DNA of 63,228 bases, counting the filler, from Octopus bimaculoides (taxonomy: Eukaryota), in assembly GCF_001194135.2 (NCBI RefSeq). It is 7 parts of 6 records of this genome, joined end to end, with 100 filler letters (N's around TTAATTAATTAA, not from the genome) between each part and the next. Parts side by side here need not be neighbours in the genome. Positions count along the whole stretch, not along the records: positions 1 to 28,043 come from NC_068997.1; positions 28,144 to 36,702 come from NC_068990.1; positions 36,803 to 40,775 come from NC_068981.1; 4 more parts are not named here. One strand, 5' to 3'. Positions 27,337 through 40,419 of the stretch are shown here, in pieces. Made by a program: the position numbers and the translations under genes. How positions within the stretch are numbered: the stretch's first letter is position 1; each line of letters starts with the position of its first letter. The notes under the pieces were generated by a model. It was not told where the DNA came from and did no database searches. It saw nothing but the letters and a program-made list of their open reading frames with translations.

Positions 27337-28873
27337 GTCGATCTATATATGTGTGTGTGTGTGTGTCTGTGTGCATGCGTGTGTCTGTGTGTGTGTGTGT
27401 GTCTGTGTGCGTGCGTGTGTGTGTATGTGTCTGCATATATATAATATACATGTATATATGTGTGTGCATATATACATATATATATATATATATACATATA
27501 TTCACTATTTTATAAATGATGAATGAGATTAACCGCATTGATTTTTGTCGTGGGACTGTAGAGTGGTCCCAGGTCAAGCTTCCATAGTATCATGGCGAAT
27601 TGCAAGCCCAGATTTATACATCATTCTCGCCCAAATGTTTGATATTGTGGGAGGAGCTACGCACCAGCACGAAAATAATCTGTTCGAAGTTTAGCAAGAA
27701 TTTTAGATCTTTGCTGTGCATAAAAAAAAGATAAAAGAAGAGAAAAAGGAAGAGAGAGAGGGGGGACAGAGGAAGAGAAACAACATAGTGTAAGAGTGAG
27801 AGATAGCCACTATATGGTTGATCGAAATTGTAGAAACCTCATAAAAATAGAAATTGTTATCAAAGAGGTAAGACTAACCAAATAGAATATTCGCAGTAGC
27901 TGTAACATCATCGACCATCGATCAGCTCATCTGAGAAAAAGTAAGGTCCGATTACTACTACTGCTGCTACTGCCACTACCACCACCACTACTACTACTAC
28001 TACCAACACCACTACTATTTTTCTTCTTACTACTATAATAATTNNNNNNNNNNNNNNNNNNNNNNNNNNNNNNNNNNNNNNNNNNNNTTAATTAATTAAN
28101 NNNNNNNNNNNNNNNNNNNNNNNNNNNNNNNNNNNNNNNNNNNTATATATATATATATCCAGTTAACCAGCACAATACCAACTGCCCAACAAAACAGGCC
28201 GCCAGCCATGGTAAAAGTTGAGAGAGATTTCTGTCTCGTCCTCTCCCACCTCCACTCTCTGCACTCTTCTACTCTTTTTCTCTTTCACTCACCACCTTCT
28301 CAACACTTCCTCTCTTCTTCATTCTCTTCCTACTCCTCCACCTACTTCTAGACCGAACTCCCACTCCACCTCCATCTATCAAGTCGACACTGTTGTCTTG
28401 TCTGCGTTCTAGTTTTCACAGTCTGTCATTGATCTATACAGCAGACATTGATGGTGGACAGTTTGTGGACTGTGAGGGAAACGGGCGGACGGAATGGATG
28501 TACAGCTAGTGGTGGTTGCGAGTGGACATTGGGGGAGGGTGGTGATGTGGTGGTTTAGCGGTTAAAGAAGTGGTGAAGACAAAGNNNNNNNNNNNNNNNN
28601 NNNNNNNNNNNNNNNNNNNNNNNNNNNNNNNNNNNNNNNNNNNNNNNNNNNNNNNNNNNNNNNNNNNNNNNNNNNNNNNNNNNNNNNNNNNNNNNNNNNN
28701 NNNNNNNNNNNNNNNNNNNNNNNNNNNNNNNTTTGTTTCATGAGCGGGGAAGAGAGAGAAGAAACAGTGAGAGAGAGAGAGAGAGAGGTGTTGAATAGAA
28801 AAAGAGTGATGTTTGAATAGAAGAGAGAGAGAGGGGGGAGTTGAATAAAAAAAAGAGAGGTGTTTGAGTGAGA

Positions 28874-28940
<67 letters not shown>

Positions 28941-30000
28941 TGAGTGGTGAGTGGTTGAGTGAGTGAGTGAGTAAGTGTGTGTGTGAGTGAATTAAAGAGT
29001 GTGAAAGCGGAGACAGTGGAAAAGATATATTGGTCGTCTGCTGTGTACGATTGAGTGCAGAATGGGCGAGGGAGAGAGAAATACAGAGACAGAGAGTGAG
29101 TGAGTGAGTGAGTGAGTGAGTGAGTGAGAAAGAAGAAAGAGAGAGAGTGTGTAGCGACTGAAAGATTGAAACTAAAGAAAAAGAGAGAATGAAATAAAGA
29201 GGAATGGAGTGTTATAGAAAAAGAGAGAAACAAAAGGAAAGACTAAGAAAGCGAGAAAGAGTGAAATAGATGCAAGGAGAGAGGGAAGAAAGAGGAGGAG
29301 AGATAATGGTCGTCTGCTATATACATCTAGAAATATTGGAGAGAATAGAGAAGGAAAAGGGTTAAACGATGAAGAGGAAAGAGATAGAAAGAAGGAGAGA
29401 TGGAGGTCTGGGTGTATCGAGTGAATGGTTCAAAGAGAGAGGGCGAAAGAGAAAGAGCGAGAGAGACGTTGAGCGGCGGAGGGAATCAGACAGAATGAAG
29501 GTTGAAAGTGAATGTTTGTTTCTGTAAAGTCTGGCAATCGTGAAAAGAAAGAGAGTGTGAGAGACAGAGGGGGACACGGAGGGAGGAAGGCAGAGAAAAA
29601 AAGAAAGAGAAAAGGGAGAGAAGAAAGAAGGGAGAAGAGAGAAGAGAGAAGAGAAATATAAAACAATGTGAGGTCGTCTGCCGTGAACGCACGTCTGACG
29701 ATAGAGTGTGGGTGGAGGAAGAGGTAACGTGACTATTAAGAAGAAGCGCAGACGAGAAATTTAATAGAGAAAGCGAGAAGGTAGAGTGAGAGAGGTTGGA
29801 AGAGTGAGGCAAATAGAGTAAGAGAGAGAGAGAGAGAGGACTGCAAGACAGAGAGAAATAGAGATAGAATGACATAGTGAGAGAGGGAAAGAAAAAAAGC
29901 GAGGGGGTGAAGATAGAGGAAGAGAAAGGGGAATGGAAGGAGGTAGTAAGATGTCTGCAGTATTTATACGGCTGGTTACAATGAGAACTTGACAGAGATA

Positions 30001-30031
<31 letters not shown>

Positions 30032-30435
30032 GGGGGAGACAGACAGACAGAGGTGGAGAGTAACAGAGACACAGAGAGAAGGAGAGAGAGAGAGAGAGAG
30101 AGAGCAGAACGAGGGAGAAGGGTGAGAATAATGAGACAGACAAACCAAGACTGGTTGTTGTGGTGGTAGTGGTGGTGGTGGTGGTGGTGATAATGATGAG
30201 GACGGTTAGCTGTCTGAAGTGTACAACTGACTTATGGAGGCGGAGATGGTCGGAGACTGGAAATGGTCTGATGAGGGAAAGAGACAGAGAGAGAGTAGGA
30301 GGGGTGGACGGTCGATGTTATTATGTGTTGTCTCGTGTGTAAAGGTTAAACTGTAATGTGTCTCTGTTTCAATCTGTGTTGGTATTTATGTATGTTACAG
30401 TGTGTATATGTATATAACATTGTGTGTGTTTGTGC

Positions 30436-30472
<37 letters not shown>

Positions 30473-31144
30473 TTAAAGTTTCAGCTTAGAGCTGCGGCCA
30501 TGCTGATGCACCTATATATATATATATGTATCTTATATTTTCAGAGCTCTTTTTTTGCATTTTATATATACATACCCTATACACATATAAACACCACACT
30601 CACATATACACACGTTATGTGTGTGATAAAATGTTATTTTTATGTATTTTATAGTCTTCAATGTTTGTACAATCACACCACAAATATACACATATATATG
30701 CGTATGCGTGCGATAAAATGCTTTTAATGTATTTAATAGTCTTCAGTATGTGTGGATACACACACGTATATATATATATATATATATATNNNNNNNNNNN
30801 NNNNNNNNNNNNNNNNNNNNNNNNNNNNNNNNNNNNNNNNNNNNNNNNNNNNNNNNNNNNNNNNNNNNNNNNNNNNNNNNNNNNNNNNNNNNNNNNNNNN
30901 NNNNNNNNNNNNNNNNNNNNNNNNNNNNNNNNNNNNNNNNNNNNNNNNNNNNNNNNNNNNNNNNNNNNNNNNNNNNNNNNNNNNNNNNNNNNNNNNNNNN
31001 NNNNNNNNNNNNNNNNNNNNNNNNNNNNNNNNNNNNNNNNNNNNNNNNNNNNNNNNNNNNNNNNNNNNNNNNNNNNNNNNNNNNNNNNNNNNNNNNNNNN
31101 NNNNNNNNNNNNNNNNNNNNNNNNNNNNNNNNNNNNNNNNNNNN

Positions 31145-31449
31145 TATTATTATTATGCGCTCTTTTAAAGCCTAGCCAGGCTCATGGGCCCGGTTTCCCG
31201 GTTTCTATGGCGTATATGTTCCCCTAAGCTGGACGGGACGCCAGTCCATCGCGGCATTACTCAAGAAACAGGAAGAAAGAGTGAGAGAAAGTTGGGGCGA
31301 AAGAGTACAACAAGGGTGCCGCCACCCCCCACCCCCGCCTGCAGGAGCCTCGTGGAGGTTTAGGTGTTTTCGCTCATTAAACACACACAACGCCCGGTCT
31401 GGGAATCGAAACCGCGATCCTCCGACCGCTAGTCTGCTGCCCTAACCAA
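31145..31449 (-). mobile_element. tRNA-derived SINE family E with V-domain-like segment and (AAT)n tail
   Basis: Minus strand: TGGTTAGGGCAGC (A box), GGTTTCGATTCCC (B box), GCGATGGACTGGCGTCCCGTCCAG (resembles the V-SINE domain as I recall it), ending GCGCATAATAATAA. Confidence 0.8.
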
Positions 31450-31579
31450 TGTGTATGTACGTGTATGTGTGTATGAGCGTTTGTATGGATACATACTGAA
31501 ACTAAAGGTAAGGTTTCATAAATAGAATTGATATAAGCGTTTCACGCATATACAAAGCCGGTAAATTGATGAAAGTGGA

Positions 31580-33080
31580 TAGACGATCATGTAAATCCTG
31601 CAGGAATGAATGCTAAAGTTGAATTCGAGAGAATTTAAACTCTGAAGATAAAGAACCAGATCAAATACTGCATAGGCACTTTGTCCAACGCTCTAATGAT
31701 TCGGCCATCCTCTGATATTGCCAGTAGAGTTTATAATTATTTCTAATTTAGGTATATGAAAATGGCGGCGAAAAGACATAATGTTTAGCACGCCGATCAA
31801 GATGCTCAACAGCGTTTCGTCCGTCTTTACGTTCTGAGTCCAAATTCTACTGAGGTCGACTTTGCCTTTCATCCTTTCGGTACTAGGGTCGATGTAATCG
31901 ACTTACTCCTTCCCTGAAATTGCTGACCTTGTGCCAAAATCAGAAACCAATTTAGGGATATGAAAGGGGGCGAGCAGAATGGTTAGCCCGTTGGACAAAG
32001 TATTTAACAGCATTCCTTCCGGTTCTTTACGTTTTAATTTCAAATTCCGTGGCGATTGACTTTTCTATTCATCCCTCCAGGGTCGATAATATATGTGCCA
32101 GTGGGGTCGAGGTAATCGACTCCCCCTCCGCCACCTTCCTTTAAAATCACTGGCCTTGTGCCAAAATTCGAAACAAATTTGGGGGCAAGGAAACGGCAGC
32201 GGGTTGGTAGAATCATTGGCGCGCCCGACAAAATGCTTTGTGACATTTCGTCCGTGTTTACGTTCTAAGTTCAAATTCCGCCGAGATCGATTTTGCTCTT
32301 GTCATTCGGCTTCGATGAAATAAGTACCCGGATGAACATCGGGCGGGAGTGGGAGTCGATGTACCCAGCTAGCCTGCTCCTCCCAAATTTCAGGCCTTGT
32401 AACTAGAGTTGTAAGAAATTTCTGCACAAGAAGTAATGTTAGATGAGGGTTTCAGTCGATTACGTCAACCCCCGTACTTCATTGGCGCTTTGTTATATTA
32501 ATACTGAAAGCATCAAAAGCACGGTTGAACTCAGAATGCAAAAAAAACAAAGGAAATGCTATCAGAGATTTATTCTGGCGCTCTCACGATTCCACCTTCC
32601 ATACTGTCAATAATAATTTCGCTTTTACCGGCTGCCTATTACCGCTTTCACACGTTGGATTGCGGCTATGTTGGGGCAATGCTTCGAATGTGTTTTGGTC
32701 GAACAAATCGATCCCATTACATGTTTTTGTCTTTTTAAGACTGGTTCATATTCCATCAGTTTCCTTTGCCGAGCCGCTGAAAAACGGATACAGAAACAAA
32801 CCAACACTGCGCTATATAGTTGAGGGGGTACATACATAGGCAAAAAGAGACTATACATACACACATATATATAAATGAAGAACATCCACAGTTCCCCTCT
32901 ACTAAATTTTCTCACAATGCCTTGCCCGATTTCAAATTTTGACACAAGTCCGAGGAAGTGACTCCAGTGCTCAACTGGTACTTATTTTATCAACTCCGAA
33001 AAGGGTGAAGGGCAAAGTCGACCTTGGAGTAATTTGAACTTAGAAAGGAAAGAGAGACGAAATGCGGTCTTAGGTCCAGT
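31580..33080. mobile_element. Cluster of about six degenerate SINE family A copies (three head-to-tail on +, flanked by minus-strand copies)
   Basis: Plus copies at about 31762-31950, 31965-32180 and 32195-32418. Minus-strand remnants at about 31580-31715, 32440-32600 and 32950-33080. Confidence 0.75.
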
Positions 33081-33955
33081 CCAAATGCACAAGCAACTAG
33101 GGCAAGTGTCTTCAACTATAGCCGCGGGCCGACCAAAGCCCCAAGAATGCACATGCACACACACTCACACACACACACACATACGCACACAATTGATGTG
33201 TGTGTGTGTGTGTGTGTGCGCGCGCGCGCTTGTGTTCGGGCTCATGCGTATGTATAAGTGTATATATGTGTATGAGTGAATTTGGTAGACTGAAACTGAG
33301 AGAAATCCGACATTATGCCTCGTGGGCGGAGGTGGGCGTGGGTGGGGCGCTTGTGTCTACGAGTGTTCTTGTTTTGTGCTTGACTTCATCACCACTTGAC
33401 AACCTGCGTTGGTGGATTTACGTTCCCGAAACTTGGCGATTGGCAAANNNNNNNNNNNNNNNNNNNNNNNNNNNNNNNNNNNNNNNNNNNNNNNNNNNNN
33501 NNNNNNNNNNNNNNNNNNNNNNNNNNNNNNNNNNNNNNNNNNNNNNNNNNNNNNNNNNNNNNNNNNNNNNNNNNNNNNNNNNNNNNNNNNNNNNNNNNNN
33601 NNNNNNNNNNNNNNNNNNNNNNNNNNNNNNNNNNNNNNNNNNNNNNNNNNNNNNNNNNNNNNNNNNNNNNNNNNNNNNNNNNNNNNNNNNNNNNNNNNNN
33701 NNNNNNNNNNNNNNNNNNNNNNNNNNNNNNNNNNNNNNNNNNNNNNNNNNNNNNNNNNNNNNNNNNNNNNNNNNNNNNNNNNNNNNNNNNNNNNNNNNNN
33801 NNNNNNNNNNNNNNNNNNNNNNNNNNNNNNNNNNNNNNNNNNNNNNNNNNNNNNNNNNNNNNNNNNNNNNNNNNNNNNNNNNNNNNNNNNNNNNNNNGTG
33901 TGTGTGTGTGTGTGTGTGTTTGAGTGCAAGAGAATTAGACGAGAAAGTGCTGGAA

Positions 33956-33999
<44 letters not shown>

Positions 34000-35087
34000 T
34001 ACTGAAGGACGGAGCGTGATTTAGTGAGAGAAGCGAATGAGTACGTAGGTGTATGTAAATAGTGAATGAATAAATGAATGAATGAATGAGTTAGTGAGTG
34101 AGTGAGTGAGTGAATGAATGAGAGATTTAGTGAATGATTGAGCGAATGAGAGTGCAGTGAATGAGTGAGAGAGTGACATTGATAGCCAGAGAGTAAAGGA
34201 CAAAAAATGTAGAGTCGCCTTAAGTGGATAAAGAGCAGTGTATACGATATAGCTAAAAGTAGGAGGAAAAAGAGAAAGCGAGATAGCAAGAGTGAGGTAT
34301 GAGGAACACAGACAGTGAGTGTGATTAGATGCATAAGTTATTGGATGTATCTGAGTATTTTAGTGTTAAATTGTCAATGTCTGTCCAGTTATGTGTCGAT
34401 ATAAATTGAGCTCTTTTACTGGTGGGGTTTACTGCTTTTATGTATAAAGTGTATATGTGTATTTGTAGACGTGCGTACGCATATGTGGTTATAATAGTCA
34501 CATATCGTGCGCGTGAGTGTAGGCGTGAATATGGAGATGTGCGTGTGAATGTGTACGTATGTAATTATATATATATATATGTATGTATGTGTGTGTGTAT
34601 ATATATATATAAATATATATATTAATATATATATAAACGTACGTATGTAGGAATATCTAAATGTCCACATATGTATGTAAATATTAATATAACTACGTGT
34701 GTCTTTATATATATGTCTGTCTATTTAACAGCAATTATATATATATATATGCATCTGTATGTACTGTACATATATTTAGGTGTATACATACGTATATCCA
34801 CATTTAGGTTATAATGTTATTTAGATATGTGTATTAATTATTATATAATATAATATAATATAATATAATATAATATAATACACACACACGCAGACACGCA
34901 GACACACAGACACACAGACACACATACACATATATAATATTATTACACACACACACACACAATGTATCAGTTATATGTGTGCACGCATTTATGAATATGT
35001 CTCTAAGGACATATGTACCTACGTATATGCATAACGATGGACATATAGACATATACGTCTGCATACATGTATATATTGAGGTATATA

Positions 35088-35150
<63 letters not shown>

Positions 35151-35660
35151 NNNNNNNNNNNNNNNNNNNNNNNNNNNNNNNNNNNNNNNNNNNNNNNNNN
35201 NNNNNNNNNNNNNNNNNNNNNNNNNNNNNNNNNNNNNNNNNNNNNNNNNNNNNNNNNNNNNNNNNNNNNNNNNNNNNNNNNNNNNNNNNNNNNNNNNNNN
35301 NNNNNNNNNNNNNNNNNNNNNNNNNNNNNNNNNNNNNNNNNNNNNNNNNNNNNNNNNNNNNNNNNNNNNNNNNNNNNNNNNNNNNNNNNNNNNNNNNNNN
35401 NNNNNNNNNNNNNNNNNNNNNNNNNNNNNNNNNNNNNNNNNNNNNNNNNNNNNNNNNNNNNNNNNNNNNNNNNNNNNNNNNNNNNNNNNNNNNNNNNNNN
35501 NNNNNNNNNNNNNNNNNNNNNNNNNNNNNNNNNNNNNNNNNNNNNNNNNNNNNNNNNNNNNNNNNNNNNNNNNNNNNNNNNNNNNNNNNNNNNNNNNNNN
35601 NNNNNNNNNNNNNNNNNNNNNNNNNNNNNNNNNNNNNNNNNNNNNNNNNNNNNNNNNNNN

Positions 35661-35953
35661 TTATTGAGCGAAAGCACCTGAAGCCCCACGAGGCTCTGGC
35701 AGGGGATGATGGAGAACCCTGCTGTACTCTTTCACCACAACTTTCTCTCACTCTTCGTTTCTGTTGTACCTGTATTTCAAAGGGTCAGCCTTGTCACACT
35801 GTGTCATGCTGAATGTCCCCGAGAACTACGTTAAGGGTACACGTGTCTGTGAAACGCTCAGCCACTTGCACGTTAATTTCACGAGCAGGCTGTTCCGTTG
35901 ATCGGATCAACTGGAATCCTCGGTGTCGTAAGCGACGGAGTGCCAACAACAAC
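35661..35953 (+). mobile_element. SINE family E body with a different 3' tail ending (CAA)n
   Basis: Shares GAGCGAAA.CACCT.AA.C.CCACGAGGCTC...GTACTCTTTC.CC.CAACTTTCTCTCACTCTT with 31145-31449, then diverges completely. Confidence 0.75.
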
Positions 35954-36051
35954 AGCATATATAGGTATAATATGCACTTAGATATATACAAACGTACATA
36001 TTCAACATATACATACATATATATGTGTATGTGTATCGCACAAGCGCTCAC

Positions 36052-36083
<32 letters not shown>

Positions 36084-36667
36084 GCAGACAGGCAGACAGA
36101 TAAATAAACAGGTAGACAGACAGGCAGCAGACAGATTGACATACTGAGAGATAAACAGATACGGATATAAATATATGCATAATTGCATATTAATGTCAGT
36201 ATAAATATATATTAACGCCGTGTCTTCGTGTCTTGTGTATACGCTTAATTGATACAGTGCAGTAAATTTGCTGGAATTTATGGGTGTGTATAAAGTGTAT
36301 ATTTATATCAGCTGTGTTCCCAAAAATAGGGTATATACATATATATAGTATATACAGCATGCATACATAAACATACGCACATATATGCATGTGTGTGTAT
36401 GAACATATATGTGCGTATGCTGATGCAAACAGAAAAAGTAGAACTCAAAATATGAGTGTAATCTATATTTTTTTATTAATATTTAGCCTTAGCAACAGAC
36501 TGACTCTAGGGCCGAGGGTTTTGTGTTTGGGCACTTATCAAGCATTTGAGAATTTTCAAACGCACGAAATACATATACACACACTCACAGACACATATGT
36601 ATATATGCGTGCGCACAAACACACGCACACGTACACACATCACACAAACACACGCACTCACACGCAT

Positions 36668-36702
<35 letters not shown>

Positions 36703-36802
36703 NNNNNNNNNNNNNNNNNNNNNNNNNNNNNNNNNNNNNNNNNNNNTTAATTAATTAANNNNNNNNNNNNNNNNNNNNNNNNNNNNNNNNNNNNNNNNNN
36801 NN

Positions 36803-38250
36803 TTACTGCCACTCCTCTCAAGCACCTCCACATTACTAATGGCCATTTTCCAGTTTATCCCCCAAATTTTTCTCAGACAGTATTGATGAAATCGCTCCAA
36901 TTGCCTTAACTGCCTACGGTAAACAACCCGTGCCTCACTTCCGTATAGCAAAGCTGGGAGGACGCATGTGTTATATACCTTAACTTTAATTTGTGAAGAT
37001 ATATTATGTTGTTTCCACAGATGCTATCAAGCTTACCAAAAGCACTACTAGCCCTGCTGATTCTGTGTGAAATTTCATCATCAAGACCAGCAGTGCTCAA
37101 GGTACTTCCTAAATAAATAAATCTAGGAACAGTCTCCAACCTTTGACCATTCACAGTTATAAAATGTTCCACATACATCTTGGAGGGAGCAGGCTGGTAC
37201 ATTATAACAGTTTTTTTTAAGATTCATTATTTGACACGCTGCAGAAATCGCATTCACCATGTACTACATATCTTTCTGAGAATATGTCAACAGGTCACAA
37301 TCATATGCATACAGAAACTCAACAAGGTGAGAAAGCAAAACTTTTGTTTCGGCACAGTCTTTTGAGATTGAACAGTTTTCCTGTTGTCCTATATCTTATA
37401 TAGACCTCTTCAGGGCAATCTTTAAAAGCTATTTGAAAGACTATTGTAAAATATATAGCAAACAGTGTAGGAGCAGGAATATCACCTTGCTTTACACTAT
37501 TTTCTACAGAAATTAGATCTGATAAGGTACCCCCAACATTAACTCACACTTCCATCTTGTCATGAAATTGTCTAAGCATTGTCATAAATTTTTCAGAGTA
37601 TCCTAGCTTTTTTAGGATTTCCCAAAGTGCAATTCTATTGATAGAATCAAACGCTTTTGTTAGGTCAATGAAAACCTGGTATAAATCCATATCCTCTTCG
37701 ATGCACTTCTCTTGCAACTGTCTAGCCGAAAATATATCCATATTACTCCTTCTATCCCTAAACCCACAGAGGACCTTTCCAGCAACAGTTAACAAAAAGA
37801 TGCCACGATAATTATCACAGACATCCTTTCCACCTTTAGATTTATATAGTATCTCCATAGTTGCATCACACCAATCCGGAGGAACCTCTTCACTTTGCCA
37901 AACCCTTTGAATCACATCCGTCAACATTGCACAAAGATGATCACCACCATATTCATATATCTCTGCACCTACTCCATCCATACCAGGGACGTTTCCATTA
38001 TTCAATTTCCTGATTGCTGCTTTTATTTCAGCCAGGTTTGGAACTTCTGCTATAAGATGTTTTATTGGTCTCTCAGGTATATTATCAAGAAAAGAGACAT
38101 CAACTTCATTGGATCTATTGAACAACTCATCAAAATGTTCTTTCCATCTGACAACAATATCTTTAGGGTTTCTTAATAATTCTGTGCCATCCTTGCTCCA
38201 AAGTGGAGACACAGGTTTTATAAAACCTTTAAATATTATAGGAGATCGAA
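36803..38250 (-). mobile_element. 5'-truncated, degenerate RTE-clade (BovB-like) LINE, reverse transcriptase region
   Basis: ORFs 37544..38212, 36906..37202 and 36751..36951 give RWKEHFDELFN, PGMDG, NYRGIFLL, FIDLTKAFDSINR, FIYLGSTLS and ISRASSAFGKL. Between them manual translation gives VKQGDIPAPTLF, YRTTGKLFNLKRL and a degraded YADD (LYAYD). Frameshifts and an internal deletion are present, and the 3' end is lost in a gap. Confidence 0.92.
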
Positions 38251-39176
38251 TAAAGATTTAGATTAATGACTACATAAATTCTTTTCATTTTTTTCTTTTT
38301 ATGTTTTCAAAATATTAGGTGATACTTACAAATAGACTGATAGCTAATAAATTATAATTAAAATTATTTGATTATAACTTATAAACTAAATAAAGAATGA
38401 ACTGATACTCTTAGAATTAGAACCACTGAATATCTAATCTATAACAAATAGACAATTACAATTACATTAAATTTAAAAATCAAAATTAATTCTAATTGGC
38501 ATCTTCCAATTATAAAAACATAAAATATAAAAGAAAAATTTTGACCAATCTATAATTTTATAACATCCAACATAACCTGACATCATATTATTTAAAATGA
38601 CAATGAATGGATTCTATATACAATTCATGGATTGCCACAGAAGAACAACCAAGGAGTTATATATGAACTACAAAAGTATCATACCAAAGTTTATCTACCA
38701 AATATCATAAACAGATAATATAATGGATTCTACACACAAATATTATGAATCACAGTAGTGGACCAACCAAAGAAGAAAATACGAAAATATGGATTAAAGT
38801 TTGACATTAAGTGTACTTATCAAAATGCAAAACAGTAACTTTTAATTTTTAAATATTTCAAGCAATCACCTTTTATATTATCACTTCATATCTGTATAAA
38901 AAAAAAAACATTCGATAAATTATACATTTCTAAAACTTTATATCTCTGAAAAGCAGAAGAGTTGTCCATAAATGCTTCTCAATATAGAATTCCATTATTA
39001 GGACAGCGCTTTTGTGAAACGATCGTAAGATGCTTTAAAACTTAATTCAAAATTTTTAAACTGACATATATATTATTATTATATTATACATTTATACTTA
39101 TACATATACATATTTACATATATTTTTACATGTATCTTTACTTATAATTTTAATACAATAATTACTCTATACATAT

Positions 39177-39543
39177 ACTCTTTTACTTGTTTTGACTGTG
39201 GCTATGCTGGAGCACTGCCTTTAGTCAAGCAAATCGACCACAGGACTTATTCTTTGTACGCCTAGTACTTATTTCATTGGTCTCTTTTGCCGAACTGCTA
39301 AGTTACGGGGGCGTAAACACACCAGCATTGATTGTCAAGTGATGTTGGGGGTACAAACACAGACACACAAACATATACACACATATATATACATATATAT
39401 GACGGGCTTCTTTCAGTTTCCGTCTACCAAATCCACTCACAAGGCTTTGGTCGACCCGAGGCTATAGTAGAAGACACTTGCCCAAGGTGCCATGCAGTGG
39501 GATGGAACCCGGAACCATGTGATTCGTAAGCAAGCTACTTACC
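39177..39543 (-). mobile_element. SINE family B/C: tRNA-like head with CORE-like segment plus tail ending in (GAGTAAAA)n
   Basis: On the minus strand the head includes CACCTTGGGCAAGTGTCTTCTACTATAGCC (resembles MIR/CORE ACCTTGGGCAAGT), then a GT/AT-repeat spacer, then the tail also seen at 24422-24580. Confidence 0.85.
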
Positions 39544-39627
39544 TTCTCATGAATTTTCCAATATTGATTTCATGATACTAATAATAATATATTATTAAAA
39601 TGTGTATATATATATATATATATATAT

Positions 39628-40207
39628 AATTGCAGCATGGAAGGTGTTTATAAGCCATTTAAGAAACACACAAAAACCATTAGATTCACTTCAACATTTA
39701 AATTTAATTTGTGTCAAAATATTTTTGTTTTGAGACCGCGACCTGTTCACTGACAAAATTCTGTTCGGCATCACTGACAAAATTACTCTCAATGTCGGCA
39801 CACTGAAAGGTAGGTCTGGTGAGATTGTTGAGATGCTTGAACGGAGATGTGTCGATATCTGCTGCCTCCAAGAAGTAAGGTGGAGAGGAGGTTCCGCCAG
39901 GTTCCCCACAAGCAAAGAACACAGGTACAAGATTTTATGGGCAGGGAACACAAACGGGGTCAGGGGGCATGGGTATACTTCTTGCAGAAGAATTTTGTCA
40001 GAGATGCAGCACAGAATTTTGTCAGTGAACAGGTTGCGGTGCCAAAGCGATGAAAATATTTTGACACAAATTAAATTTAAATGTTGAAGTGAATCTGACG
40101 GTTTTTGTGTGTTTCTTAAATGGCTTATAGACACCTTCCACGCTGCAATTGTTTTCATTCCAGCACACAATCTCAGATCAGGTCACTTGCTATGCAAGTA
40201 CATCTCC
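39628..40207. mobile_element. Fold-back element: about 155-bp inverted arms (39628-39784 and 39991-40150) enclosing a LINE endonuclease fragment
   Basis: The left arm AATTGCAGCATGGAAGGTGTTTATAAGCCATTTAAGAAACACAC...TGACAAAATT is the near-perfect reverse complement of the right arm AATTTTGTCA...GGCTTATAGACACCTTCCACGCTGCAATT. (TA)n runs flank both sides, at 39605-39627 and about 40212-40224. Confidence 0.85.
39785..39990 (+). pseudogene. N-terminal fragment of an RTE-type apurinic-like (APE) endonuclease
   Basis: TLNVGTLKGRSGEIVEMLERRCVDICCLQEVRWRGGSARFPTSKEHRYKILWAGNTNGV, then after a 1-nt frameshift GMGILLAE. This carries APE domain I (NV) and II (C.QE.RW) motifs and the GVGILL-type motif. 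Confidence 0.85.
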
Positions 40208-40419
40208 ATAGTATATATATATATCTGCGTGTGTGTTTTTGCATGTATATATATGTTTCTGTCTTCCTTCCTGATCTTTCTCTCTCTGGCCACGTAAACT
40301 TATACTTCCTCTACAGCAAGACACTTGTATTTGTCTCACTATATCCTTTTCATCCTCATTTCCTCTAATGCCTCCTCCTATCTTAAAAGTTTTTGTCTCA
40401 CAAATAATTGGTAACCCTG

